Below, in pieces: positions 8,630-18,300 of a stretch of 20,237 nt of DNA. The notes beneath the pieces were generated by a model, which did no database searches, was not told the origin of the DNA, and worked only from the letters and a program-made list of their open reading frames with translations. A program made the position numbers and the translations under genes. The stretch is taken from the NCBI GenBank assembly GCA_016933575.1, contig JAFGAR010000052.1, positions 1 to 20,237 of the forward strand, written 5' to 3'. This DNA comes from Candidatus Thorarchaeota archaeon (lineage in GTDB: Archaea > Asgardarchaeota > Thorarchaeia > Thorarchaeales > Thorarchaeaceae). Each line of letters opens with the position of its first letter. Positions within the stretch are counted from its first letter, which is position 1.

Positions 8630-8756
8630 TCCACTTGGGTAGATTGCAGTTTGCTATCTGAAACAGAACTTTGACAACTAAGTTTATCAAGCGGCCTGGT
8701 GGAAGTTATTTGGTTTGTTTGGTTTTCGCGTCAGTAGTTAGAGGAAGGTTAGTAAG

Positions 8757-11700
8757 TTGAAACGAATCTACCTGATTTTCGTTACACTATTTTTCATGTT
8801 CTTATTCTTCGGGGCAGATATCAAGAGCGCGCTGGATCATCCTGAGATGAATGGATACGCATCAAATGAGGAGGTCGGCCTACGATCTTCTGAAGACCTC
8901 GTTAGGAGCGTACTCGCTGAGATTGGTCCTGCAAAGACACCAGTTACTTTGAAGGATCTAGTAACAGAGCTCCAGTTAGTGACTCCTTTGATCAATCAGA
9001 CTGACTGTGATGGTGATGGACTCTGGGACATCATCGAATCAGTCATCGGTACAGACTTCAATGATACTGATTCTGATCGCGACACACTCAATGATACTTA
9101 CGAGGTTTTCAACGACCTTGATCCTTTGGCAGCGGATTCAAATGAAGATGGTATTCCAGACAATCATGAAATCCGAAATGTTCTTTCATTAGACATCGAT
9201 GGTGATGGAACTCCAAATGCATGGGATTTCGACAATGATAATGATGGTGTGAGCGATGCGATTGACCTTTCGCCAAATGCGAAATCTTCAATCAATGATG
9301 CTTTTGATATCCAAATAACTACTGATGGAAAGCCCCTCTACATCTCATTTCAGATAGTTCCAGATAATCCCCTGCACACCAGACTTGTTGATCAATGGTG
9401 GGATTGGCCAAACGATACAGAAGATAGGATGCAGGATTTAGACGGATCGCAAAAAGATGTGCAGGTATTACCTTTTCTGAATCTCAGTATAAACTTCGAA
9501 CTTGACCAGAGGTTGGTCGAGGGGTATCCTATGCTAGTGACCTATGATGGATTGCTTGCTGCTTTGACCTCTGTTTACGACTCTGGGAGTGTTGTTGCAT
9601 TAGAATCAAGAATCCATATCCCCGAAATGACCTTTACCAATCTCTCATTGCATGCAGAGCTCATATGGAAGGTCGTTGGTTATACAGACAGACAAGCAAT
9701 TGCATTGATGGATGATGAAGGTGCATTCCTCTCCTCTTACTCCAACGGTTTAGCTGTTGCAAATGCAACTGACCTCTTCTCCTCTTCTGCCTTGCAGAAA
9801 ATCGACTTGGCTGATGGAATGATCGCTCTACGGATGCTTGGTGGCGGTTTCCTATCAGTTTCCCCCAATGGTCTTTTGTATTTCAATGGGACCGAACTTG
9901 GTCAAAGCGAAACTTTCATGCCTTACAACACCTCTCAAAATCAGATGTCACTGCGATCGATAGCGACGGGTATGTATGTTGCAACAGGTGCTAATGGTCT
10001 AATGATCGCAAATAGCACCTCTGAAGAGGTCTTTCAGATCGCAGACCTTGGCATCTATCCAGAACCAATAACCTTGGAGATATACGATGATAGCTTCAGA
10101 TTCTCAGGTATCTCTGTTCAGGAGTGCTACTACACCAACATGGGTGTCTACTATAGCAATAATCGTAATCAAACAATAGCGGCTCAGGGACTTCTCTCGT
10201 ACGATTTCTTGAGGAATTCCACAACTACTCTCTGGGATATCCCAGCTGTGCTGGCTGATCATGAGATAGGCTTGATGTACCAGAATCAATCATTTCGCGG
10301 AGTTGACCACGCATATGTATCTCTGAGTAATGATCTTCTGCCCCATGCGCTTGATACTCTCCCCTCATTCAAAATACTTCCTGTGATCATAGCTGGCGCA
10401 CACAGAATCAAGATCGCCGATTTGTCTGAGGTCCTCGAAGGCACTTATGTCGCTGGGCATGTACTCTGTTTTGACTTAGGTATTTTCAACACATCAGACG
10501 TAAAGTCCCTGTCCTGTTATTTCTACAATACTACTACCTACGAAGCCTTGACAATCGGGCAGATTATGGATGAAATCAGAAGCTGGGGCTACGACGATAT
10601 CACCACAGAAGCCCTCATGATCACGATGTGCAAATTCACAGCAGGAGAATGGATAGTTTGCCAAGAGGGATTCACCAATGAGGTTCCCGATGTCTCGATT
10701 GTGGAAAGTTGGGTTCTGTTCGCCAAAGGCGTCTTTGGAACATTTGGAGATGACATACTGAAAATAACCTGTAAGCTCCTCCGGACTTATTTCGATGAGC
10801 ATTTTATGATGCTGAAAACCCGTCCACGCAGCAATGCTATCTGGTCTGAGAAGGCACTGTGGCAACGAGTAACTACTGCCGGAAAAGCCGTTACATCTGC
10901 ACAAAAGGTCTCCAAATTCTTCAGAAGTAATGCCATCGGGATCTTGTGCATTGTGATAGATGTTGGACTCTCAATATATGCTGCATTTCTGATAGCTGAA
11001 GAGATTGGAGGTAGGCTTGGTCAGGAAATAGGGGCAACATATGGCGTAATCTCATCTATCGTTAGTCTGGTGATAGGAATCCACCTACTAGTCATCGCAA
11101 TGGCAGGACCGATTGGATTTGCAATAGCGGCAGTAATTTCTCTGATACTGGGGCTTGCTGAGTTATGTGGTGGTGTCATCTCAAAGTTTGTTGAGTGGCT
11201 AACAGAGACCATTTTTGGAAGTGTAGATAGGATTAGTTCTACACTGCCTTTGTCTGACATTTCAGATATCAGATTCGAAACTAATGATTCCACTCTCAGT
11301 GTTGGTGATAGACTAACGATGTTCTGCAAATTGATAGGAAATGTTACCGGTTCGGGAACCGAGCAGCGAAGGTGGGTAGGTCAAAGCTATAGCATCCCTT
11401 GGATAAGTATGGATATGCCCTCCGGGTCGAATTCTGCTACTGGTAGTTCTGATACTGCGGACTATGATTTCCTCCAGAACACTCTGTTTGGAATTGTGCC
11501 TGGCGATTACTGGGAAGCAAGAATGTACAACTACTCGGTGTGGATCGAGCCTGATGTCGCTTCACCTAATTTTCCAGTTGCCATAGGGCTGCACACGGAC
11601 TATCATATTTGGGATATCTGGTCACATTCTGTACTAGGACTATTCGATTGCCGACATGAGGACGAATATTTCGATAGCATGACCTACGTATACACACGAA

Positions 11701-14700
11701 TCTATTTCGATGTCATGCCGGACAGTCTTGACGCTTTTGTAGAATGGAGATCCATTCATGCTATCGATTCAGATATGGATGGATTGAACAATACAATTGA
11801 GAGCAGCTATGGTTCTTCCAGTCGCTGGTCATATGATACTGATTGTGATGAGCTTAATGACGCATTCGAAGTGACTATTGGCACAGATCCACGGAAACGC
11901 GATTCTGATGACGACTCACTTAGTGATTATTACGAGTGCCTCTATGGCACGAATGCCACAGACAGCGATTCTGATGGTGATGGACTTTTCGACTACCTTG
12001 AGATCGCTGGTTGGCAGATTAGGTTCGACTATATGTCAAACTCCTCACTTCCTTTTGAAATGCTTGTTACATCTAGTCCTTGGATGAATGATAGTGATGG
12101 TGATGATGTTGTGGACTTTGATGAATATCAAAGCCATTTGAATCCAAGAAGCGGTGATACAAACGGTGATAGGCATTCTGATGAGGCTTTGCCTAGGATC
12201 AGGTCGTACATTGATGACTGTGCAGCTGATGTTTATGTCGATGACCTGTGGAAAGACTCAATCTATCAAGGATTCTTGCATACCGAAAATGAGAGCTATC
12301 TTGGTGGAGGTCTGGCTTTCAGTGATGAAGGATACATCTATGTTCCAAATTCTGTTACTGGGGTTGAGAGATTTTACACAAATTTCACAGTAGCGCCAGT
12401 GCCATCGCACTATTTCCCTGACTTGGTTCTCTCAGTCTATCCGTATGCTCAGGCCATGGCCGTTGATGTAGACAATGCAAATGACTGGATCTATGTGATT
12501 CAGCAATTCATAGACGCTGGCTCTTGGGCACATACGGATTTGTACCAATATTCCCTTGATGGGTCTGTCATCAATCCTGGTAGTTGGACCCAGCCTACAG
12601 ATGGCCATAATTATGATGTCGTTGTAGGTGCAGATTCAAGCGTCTTTCTTGCTCATGAGAATTATATCGTGAAATATAGTTCGACCGGGATGCTCCTAGC
12701 CACTTGGGCTGGTCCTTCTATCGTTGATCAGCAACTACTAGAGGTCGTAGTAGATGATGTGAATGGGCTTCTCTATGCGACAGATCGCGGTCGCTGTCTT
12801 TCAGACATTGAACCCGGTCGCATCATTAGGTTGAATGCAACTGATGGTAGCTACCTCGGCTCAATTCCAAAAGGCCCATTCTATGATATGTGTCATATCG
12901 CAGTTGATGATGAGGGGTATATCTATGCGATTGGTAAAATGCTCAATGAGTCCGCATATATTTGCAAGTTCGATAGGAATGGTATGGAAGACATGAGTTT
13001 CAGGAAGAACCTCTATGATCTCTTTGGAGCCGGATATTGCGATGCCCTTTATGTTGATCAGGGTTATATCTACATCTGTTACTATTGTGACAATCTTTCG
13101 GGAACCCGTGTCCTCTGGAAACTTCATCAGGTTACTACGAGTGATGAACCCTGTTTGACTGATGATAATCCTGATTGGGATGGCGACGGCTTGACTAATC
13201 AGCTGGAGGTCAATGGTTGGGAGATCACTGTTGCCTTCAATGCGACCTGCACTATGACCTTCAATGTGACCAGTGATCCACGTCTGATTGATACTGATGG
13301 AGATCATCTCAGCGACTACCTTGAGTACAACCTCACATCAAATCCGCAGTGTTCTGATTCCGATGCAGATGGTGCTTCTGACCATCAGGAGTGGTGGATG
13401 AACTCACATCCTGGTGAGGTATACGTTCCTCCACTGATGCACCCACATTTTCTTGCTCCTGATATGGAATCCACATCAGCGTCCATGGCATCAACGGTGA
13501 GCCTGACCCGTTGGGATAGTGATGGGGATCTCCTTGGAGACGGTGTGGAGTTGGCTTATGGAAGTAATCCGACCTTGCAAGATTCTGATGGCGATTCTCT
13601 ATCAGACCTAGTTGAGTTCCAGCTCAATTCCGATCCGAACAAGATCGATACCGACGACGATGAAGCAACAGATGCCGAGGAGTATACAGGAAACTCAAGT
13701 CTCCTCGTAGCCGATTCTGATGGTGACTTTGCATTCGACGGAGCAGAGTATGACATGGGCTCCAGTCCCTTGAATGCTGATGTTGATGAAGATGGCATCG
13801 TCGATGGCGACGAGGCTCTGTTCGGAACGAACCCATTCTCTAGCGATTCTGACGGCGATAATGTGTCTGATTGGATGGAGCTCAGCCTCTGGCTAGACCC
13901 TCTCAATAATGATTCAGATGGAGACGGCGTTCTTGATGGCGTAGAGTTGGAATGGGGTAGCAATCCTTGGAGTCACGATTCTGATAGGGATGGCGTTCCA
14001 GATGGAGAGGATCCCGATACCTTCATCACTTGGTATGGACCGATAGTTCTCGCCTATGATATCGATGAACAGAACCAGACCTTGTCCTTTGCTGAGAAGC
14101 TGCAGGATTACACAACTGTGATCATGGTATCAGTCGACGAACTCATGCATTCCTACACAGAGTATCCATACATCGTTCTGGTAGGTCGTCCTGATGCTGA
14201 TAGTGATACCGTAGCTGGTCTGACCTACTCGCTTTTGGCGGATACTGGTAGTGTCCTTGGAGAGATGATGGAGCCAGAGTCTCACGAGGTCGCAACCCGC
14301 TATGGCTACTGGACTGATCCACAGACCATTGTTATACTCTCGGAAGCATATGATAGCGATGTCTACACAGTATTACAAATCCTCCGTGGCAGGAATATAT
14401 CGATTCTTCTTGACTCTGTGTATATCGAGTATCTAGCGGAGATTGTTACTGACAACGTTACCTATGCACATGCTTTCGAAGTGAACGAGATTGACACGGT
14501 CAAATCAACGGATACGATACTGTCCATTGCACTAAGTGGCCTTGCAGTACCTATTCTGCTCATAACGCGATATAATGACACCACGACTCCATATCAACTG
14601 ACCTCCAATTCGGGATTAGCTGAGAATGAAGTTCCTTTGGGCAAATATATCGGGATTGACTTGGCATTCAATGGGGTGTCAGGCGGTACAATCCAAAGCG

Positions 14701-15095
14701 CTCTGATTCAGATATACTATAAGGCATTGGATCTTGACTTCAATAGAGATGGGATCATCAACCAGATGAGCGACTTGAATGAAACTTCTCTCTGTCTGTA
14801 CTGGTATGATGAAGAAACTTCTTCTTGGGTCAAACTATCTGAAGATCTCGACTGGGTGCTCGATTGGGGTCTCAACACGATTGATTTGGAACTCTACGGG
14901 GAGCATTATGCTGGATTCATATGGGTACAAGTCACCCACTTCTCACTCTTCGCGGTGGCAGGTGAATTGATTGGTGCTGTATATCCTGATTTGACATATC
15001 TAGCGATATTGGTTGGATGTTTCTGCGTGGTCGCCGCGATAATCCTCCGTCGAAAAAGGAAAGGGCGATTTCATACGGACAAGAAGACATCCTAA
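8757..15095 (+). CDS. Giant (2112 aa) cell-surface protein, copy A: Ca-binding repeats, fascin-like trefoil, hydrophobic helical domain, NHL-like propeller, HFS motif, C-terminal TM anchor
   Basis: Signal peptide MKRIYLIFVTLFFMFLFFG; DxDxDG blocks at ~9003-9272, ~11766-12185 and ~13173-14020; trefoil ~9690-10050; hydrophobic helices ~10930-11220; propeller ~12290-13130; VTHFSLFAVAG; TM followed by RRKRKGR; many N-x-S/T sequons. Confidence 0.9.
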   Translation: MKRIYLIFVTLFFMFLFFGADIKSALDHPEMNGYASNEEVGLRSSEDLVRSVLAEIGPAKTPVTLKDLVTELQLVTPLINQTDCDGDGLWDIIESVIGTDFNDTDSDRDTLNDTYEVFNDLDPLAADSNEDGIPDNHEIRNVLSLDIDGDGTPNAWDFDNDNDGVSDAIDLSPNAKSSINDAFDIQITTDGKPLYISFQIVPDNPLHTRLVDQWWDWPNDTEDRMQDLDGSQKDVQVLPFLNLSINFELDQRLVEGYPMLVTYDGLLAALTSVYDSGSVVALESRIHIPEMTFTNLSLHAELIWKVVGYTDRQAIALMDDEGAFLSSYSNGLAVANATDLFSSSALQKIDLADGMIALRMLGGGFLSVSPNGLLYFNGTELGQSETFMPYNTSQNQMSLRSIATGMYVATGANGLMIANSTSEEVFQIADLGIYPEPITLEIYDDSFRFSGISVQECYYTNMGVYYSNNRNQTIAAQGLLSYDFLRNSTTTLWDIPAVLADHEIGLMYQNQSFRGVDHAYVSLSNDLLPHALDTLPSFKILPVIIAGAHRIKIADLSEVLEGTYVAGHVLCFDLGIFNTSDVKSLSCYFYNTTTYEALTIGQIMDEIRSWGYDDITTEALMITMCKFTAGEWIVCQEGFTNEVPDVSIVESWVLFAKGVFGTFGDDILKITCKLLRTYFDEHFMMLKTRPRSNAIWSEKALWQRVTTAGKAVTSAQKVSKFFRSNAIGILCIVIDVGLSIYAAFLIAEEIGGRLGQEIGATYGVISSIVSLVIGIHLLVIAMAGPIGFAIAAVISLILGLAELCGGVISKFVEWLTETIFGSVDRISSTLPLSDISDIRFETNDSTLSVGDRLTMFCKLIGNVTGSGTEQRRWVGQSYSIPWISMDMPSGSNSATGSSDTADYDFLQNTLFGIVPGDYWEARMYNYSVWIEPDVASPNFPVAIGLHTDYHIWDIWSHSVLGLFDCRHEDEYFDSMTYVYTRIYFDVMPDSLDAFVEWRSIHAIDSDMDGLNNTIESSYGSSSRWSYDTDCDELNDAFEVTIGTDPRKRDSDDDSLSDYYECLYGTNATDSDSDGDGLFDYLEIAGWQIRFDYMSNSSLPFEMLVTSSPWMNDSDGDDVVDFDEYQSHLNPRSGDTNGDRHSDEALPRIRSYIDDCAADVYVDDLWKDSIYQGFLHTENESYLGGGLAFSDEGYIYVPNSVTGVERFYTNFTVAPVPSHYFPDLVLSVYPYAQAMAVDVDNANDWIYVIQQFIDAGSWAHTDLYQYSLDGSVINPGSWTQPTDGHNYDVVVGADSSVFLAHENYIVKYSSTGMLLATWAGPSIVDQQLLEVVVDDVNGLLYATDRGRCLSDIEPGRIIRLNATDGSYLGSIPKGPFYDMCHIAVDDEGYIYAIGKMLNESAYICKFDRNGMEDMSFRKNLYDLFGAGYCDALYVDQGYIYICYYCDNLSGTRVLWKLHQVTTSDEPCLTDDNPDWDGDGLTNQLEVNGWEITVAFNATCTMTFNVTSDPRLIDTDGDHLSDYLEYNLTSNPQCSDSDADGASDHQEWWMNSHPGEVYVPPLMHPHFLAPDMESTSASMASTVSLTRWDSDGDLLGDGVELAYGSNPTLQDSDGDSLSDLVEFQLNSDPNKIDTDDDEATDAEEYTGNSSLLVADSDGDFAFDGAEYDMGSSPLNADVDEDGIVDGDEALFGTNPFSSDSDGDNVSDWMELSLWLDPLNNDSDGDGVLDGVELEWGSNPWSHDSDRDGVPDGEDPDTFITWYGPIVLAYDIDEQNQTLSFAEKLQDYTTVIMVSVDELMHSYTEYPYIVLVGRPDADSDTVAGLTYSLLADTGSVLGEMMEPESHEVATRYGYWTDPQTIVILSEAYDSDVYTVLQILRGRNISILLDSVYIEYLAEIVTDNVTYAHAFEVNEIDTVKSTDTILSIALSGLAVPILLITRYNDTTTPYQLTSNSGLAENEVPLGKYIGIDLAFNGVSGGTIQSALIQIYYKALDLDFNRDGIINQMSDLNETSLCLYWYDEETSSWVKLSEDLDWVLDWGLNTIDLELYGEHYAGFIWVQVTHFSLFAVAGELIGAVYPDLTYLAILVGCFCVVAAIILRRKRKGRFHTDKKTS
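13173..14020 (+). repeat. Protein-level tandem ~22-aa DxDxDG-L-x-D-x-x-E-x-x-x-G-x-(N/D)-P Ca-binding (thrombospondin type 3-like) repeats
   Basis: For example DSDGDLLGDGVELAYGSNPTLQ / DSDGDSLSDLVEFQLNSDPNKI / DSDGDFAFDGAEYDMGSSPLNA / DSDGDGVLDGVELEWGSNPWSH; degenerate at DNA level. Confidence 0.85.
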
Positions 15096-15239
15096 GGATG
15101 ACAGCGAACTTCACCAGCGTGGTCCAGAAACCTACAGGTTTCATACGTTCAAATTAGCGCATAATAGAACCTATTCCCGCCCTACCGAAGTTTCATTCAA
15201 GATTAATTTCTATCTTATCTAGATCGATGGATATACTTG

Positions 15240-15250
15240 CTTTTATATAA
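15240..15250 (+). promoter_or_regulatory. TATA-like box upstream of copy B
   Basis: CTTTTATATAA in the 250-bp AT-rich intergenic gap; AGAAGGA SD-like element at 15331-15337. Confidence 0.35.
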
Positions 15251-15345
15251 TCATCCATTGATTAGAAATACATTTTAGAACCTTTTGGTCTGATTATGCT
15301 ATTCGTCTGGTTCTATTCGCATTGTTGGTTAGAAGGAATATACTA

Positions 15346-18300
15346 GTGAAGCGACCATTGCCATTGCTTTTTGCACTTTTTGTGTTATTCTTATTCATAG
15401 GTTCTGATCTTAGGAGCGCTCTGGATAATCCTAGGTTCATTCATTCTGATTCAGAAGAAAGCGATGTTTTGCAACCTGAGAATTATCAAGTGCAGAACTT
15501 GGCAGATCAACCGAATCCACGCAAAGTATTCTCACTTAGGAATCTTGCAATAGAACTTCAAAGTGTCACGCCTCCAGCAAATAGGATCGATTCGGATGGT
15601 GACACACTCTATGACTCGGTCGAACTTGTTCTGGGGACAAATAGCACCCTTAATGATACAGACCATGATTTCTTGACTGATGACTATGAGGTCTACAATG
15701 GTCTTGATCCAACTGAGCCTGACACTAATTTTGATGGCATGCCTGACAACTTGGAATGCGATGTGTCTTCCTTGGATATCGATCAGGATGGCATTATTAA
15801 TCCTTGGGACTTTGACAATGATGGAGATTCGGTAATTGATAATGCTGATCTGTCACCCATGGCGTTAACTGAGGTAGAAGATGAGTTCAACTTTGAAATC
15901 GAGACCGATGGAAGTCCGCTCTATCTAACTTGGCAAATAAGACCTGAAAATCCTAGCCATCTGCAGTTATACAAGCAATATTGGGACTGGCCAAGTGGGG
16001 ATACAGAGGGTCTCATGAGGGACTATAATAACTCAATAAGAGATGTGCAGGCAATACCGCTCCTGAATGTGACTGCCAACTACATTCCTGACCAAGGTGA
16101 CTTGGTTGACTATGGAATATCCTCATTTGAAACCTACGTACTGGTCCCGTTAATCGCTGTACGTGACAATGGAAAGATTGTTGCCTTCAAGGGAAAGATG
16201 TTCTATCCAACTTCTGCACCTCTCAATTTGATTCTTAGTGTCAAACTAATTTGGAGAATCGTGGGCTATTCAGATGGGGACTTGATAGCATTCCAGGGAA
16301 CCGATAATGGCGGGAATAACCACCTATCTGTGGATTCAGAAGGACTTCTTTCTGTCGCGGCCATTGATCCGGAAGATGGACAATTCGAGGTAGTTGATAT
16401 AGGTCATAGCGACTATGCTAGCCATATAGCAATCAGAGCACCTAATGGTTTGTATGTTTCAGTAAATCCTGATGGTACGATACTTGCAGATAGCGAAACC
16501 ATAGGTGTAGAAGAAACGCTCATCATTGAAAAATGCAATCCTACTAATTGGGAGCAGGCAGCATGGCTTGGGACCAAAGTGGTCATGAAAGACTATCTTG
16601 ATCGATACATCTCAGTCCTTTCAGATACTACCATCAGGGCGTATTCTACCACTGGATTCAATGGAGCAGAGAGATTCAACCTGGTTGACTTGGGAGTATA
16701 CGCATCTCCAGTAACTCTGGTTACGTATGACGATCCCTTCATGCTTACAGGTTTTCGGGCAGAAGCAAACTATGGGACCGATTTGGGATATGTCTATAGT
16801 CCTCACGAGAATGTAACTCTAGCTGCAAATCTCTTTCTAAGCTATCAATACCTCAGGAACTCATCCGTTGGATACAATGATATTCCTGATATACTCACAG
16901 CTACTGACTTCAATGCTGAAATAACTAGTAATTCATATCCACATAGTGATATTGCATTCATTTCAATGGCTAAGGAAACATTGCCGCTTGTTTTGGACTC
17001 TCTCCCATCAAATGAGATACTTCCGATTCTTACGATTGTTTATGATTCATGTAAACTCCTAGACCTTTCGGATCTGCTAGTTGCAGGTTATACTCCCGCG
17101 AATCCAACAGAAATCGATTTCCACACACTTACTTTGCAATCCCACAAATCGATGAAGACTGGCTTCTATAACACATCCAGCAAAGATGCCCTGTCATATG
17201 AAGAAATCATGGATCGAATTGACTATCTCATTCCTGATGATTATGCTTCTCTTGTCGTTCAATGCATGATTCTCAACTGGATGTCTGGAGAGCTTCTTGA
17301 TGCTCAGACAGATGTTTCAGAGTATAGAGATATAGCGGGAGCGATCTCTCAGGTTCTTCTTTGGACTAGTCTTGTCGTGGGAAGTGTCAGTTCTTTAGCG
17401 AGTATTATATTCGGTGGAAAGGCCTTTCAATCAGTACAACTAGTACTGGAGAACTCTTTGGGCAAAGTCACTGCATTCTCAAAGACTGCTGTGTTACAGA
17501 ACAAGGATATCATTACCAAGCAGATTCAAGGTGGAGTAAAGGCAAAACTGGAAACGACAAGTATCTGGGATCGAGTTGGACAATTTCTTCTTGTTGTGTC
17601 AATCCTTACCGAATGCACCATCTCTGTCCTACAGGGACTTGCTCTTGCGGAGGAGATAGGGGGGAATCTTGGACGCGATATTGGAGCTTCTTTTGGCACT
17701 TTTAGAGCTGTCATATTGACACTAGAGCTGGTCGCTCTCTATTATCTTGGTATGGGATTTTCAGCAGTTGCGCTGTCTGGTTTTGGTGTCATATTAATTG
17801 CCATCTGGTGCGTCTTGGATTGTCTCCTTGGACTATCGGATAAGCTTGCAGCTTGGCTATCTTCTCTAATGATAAGCCATGCCCGGTCATATAGTACAAC
17901 ACCTTCCCTTAAGGGAGCGGATATCTCGAAGGATGTACTGGATTATGATTCGAATGGACTAAACATTGGAGATGGATTTAGTGTCTTGGCACGTCTGACA
18001 AGTCGATTGGAATCTCATAGTATAACCTGTAGAGACCAAAGCATCTGTATCCCATATGTTACAATTAATGTACCAGCAGGTAGTTGGTCGACTACTGGAA
18101 GCACTGGTCCCGATTTGATTAGTTCTCAGCAACCCACTTATTGCGATGAAGTGAGTGGGTGGTGGAAGGAGCAAACATATGACTCATCTGCTTGGATTTA
18201 CCCTGGGACTGCAATGGCAAACTTCCCCGTCATGACTAATCTACACATGGACTATAATCTCAGATGGCAGTATGATTACAGGTGGTGGTGTTTTGGATGG

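Noticed and set aside
11766-14020. Recurrent GATTCTGATGG-like words as a CRISPR array or DNA repeat
   Set aside because: Degenerate, in-frame DSDG codons; no constant repeat-spacer structure and no cas genes.
14160-14240. YIVLVGRPDA as an S-layer C-terminal LILVGGP-type motif
   Set aside because: Match too short and degenerate to call without a profile search.
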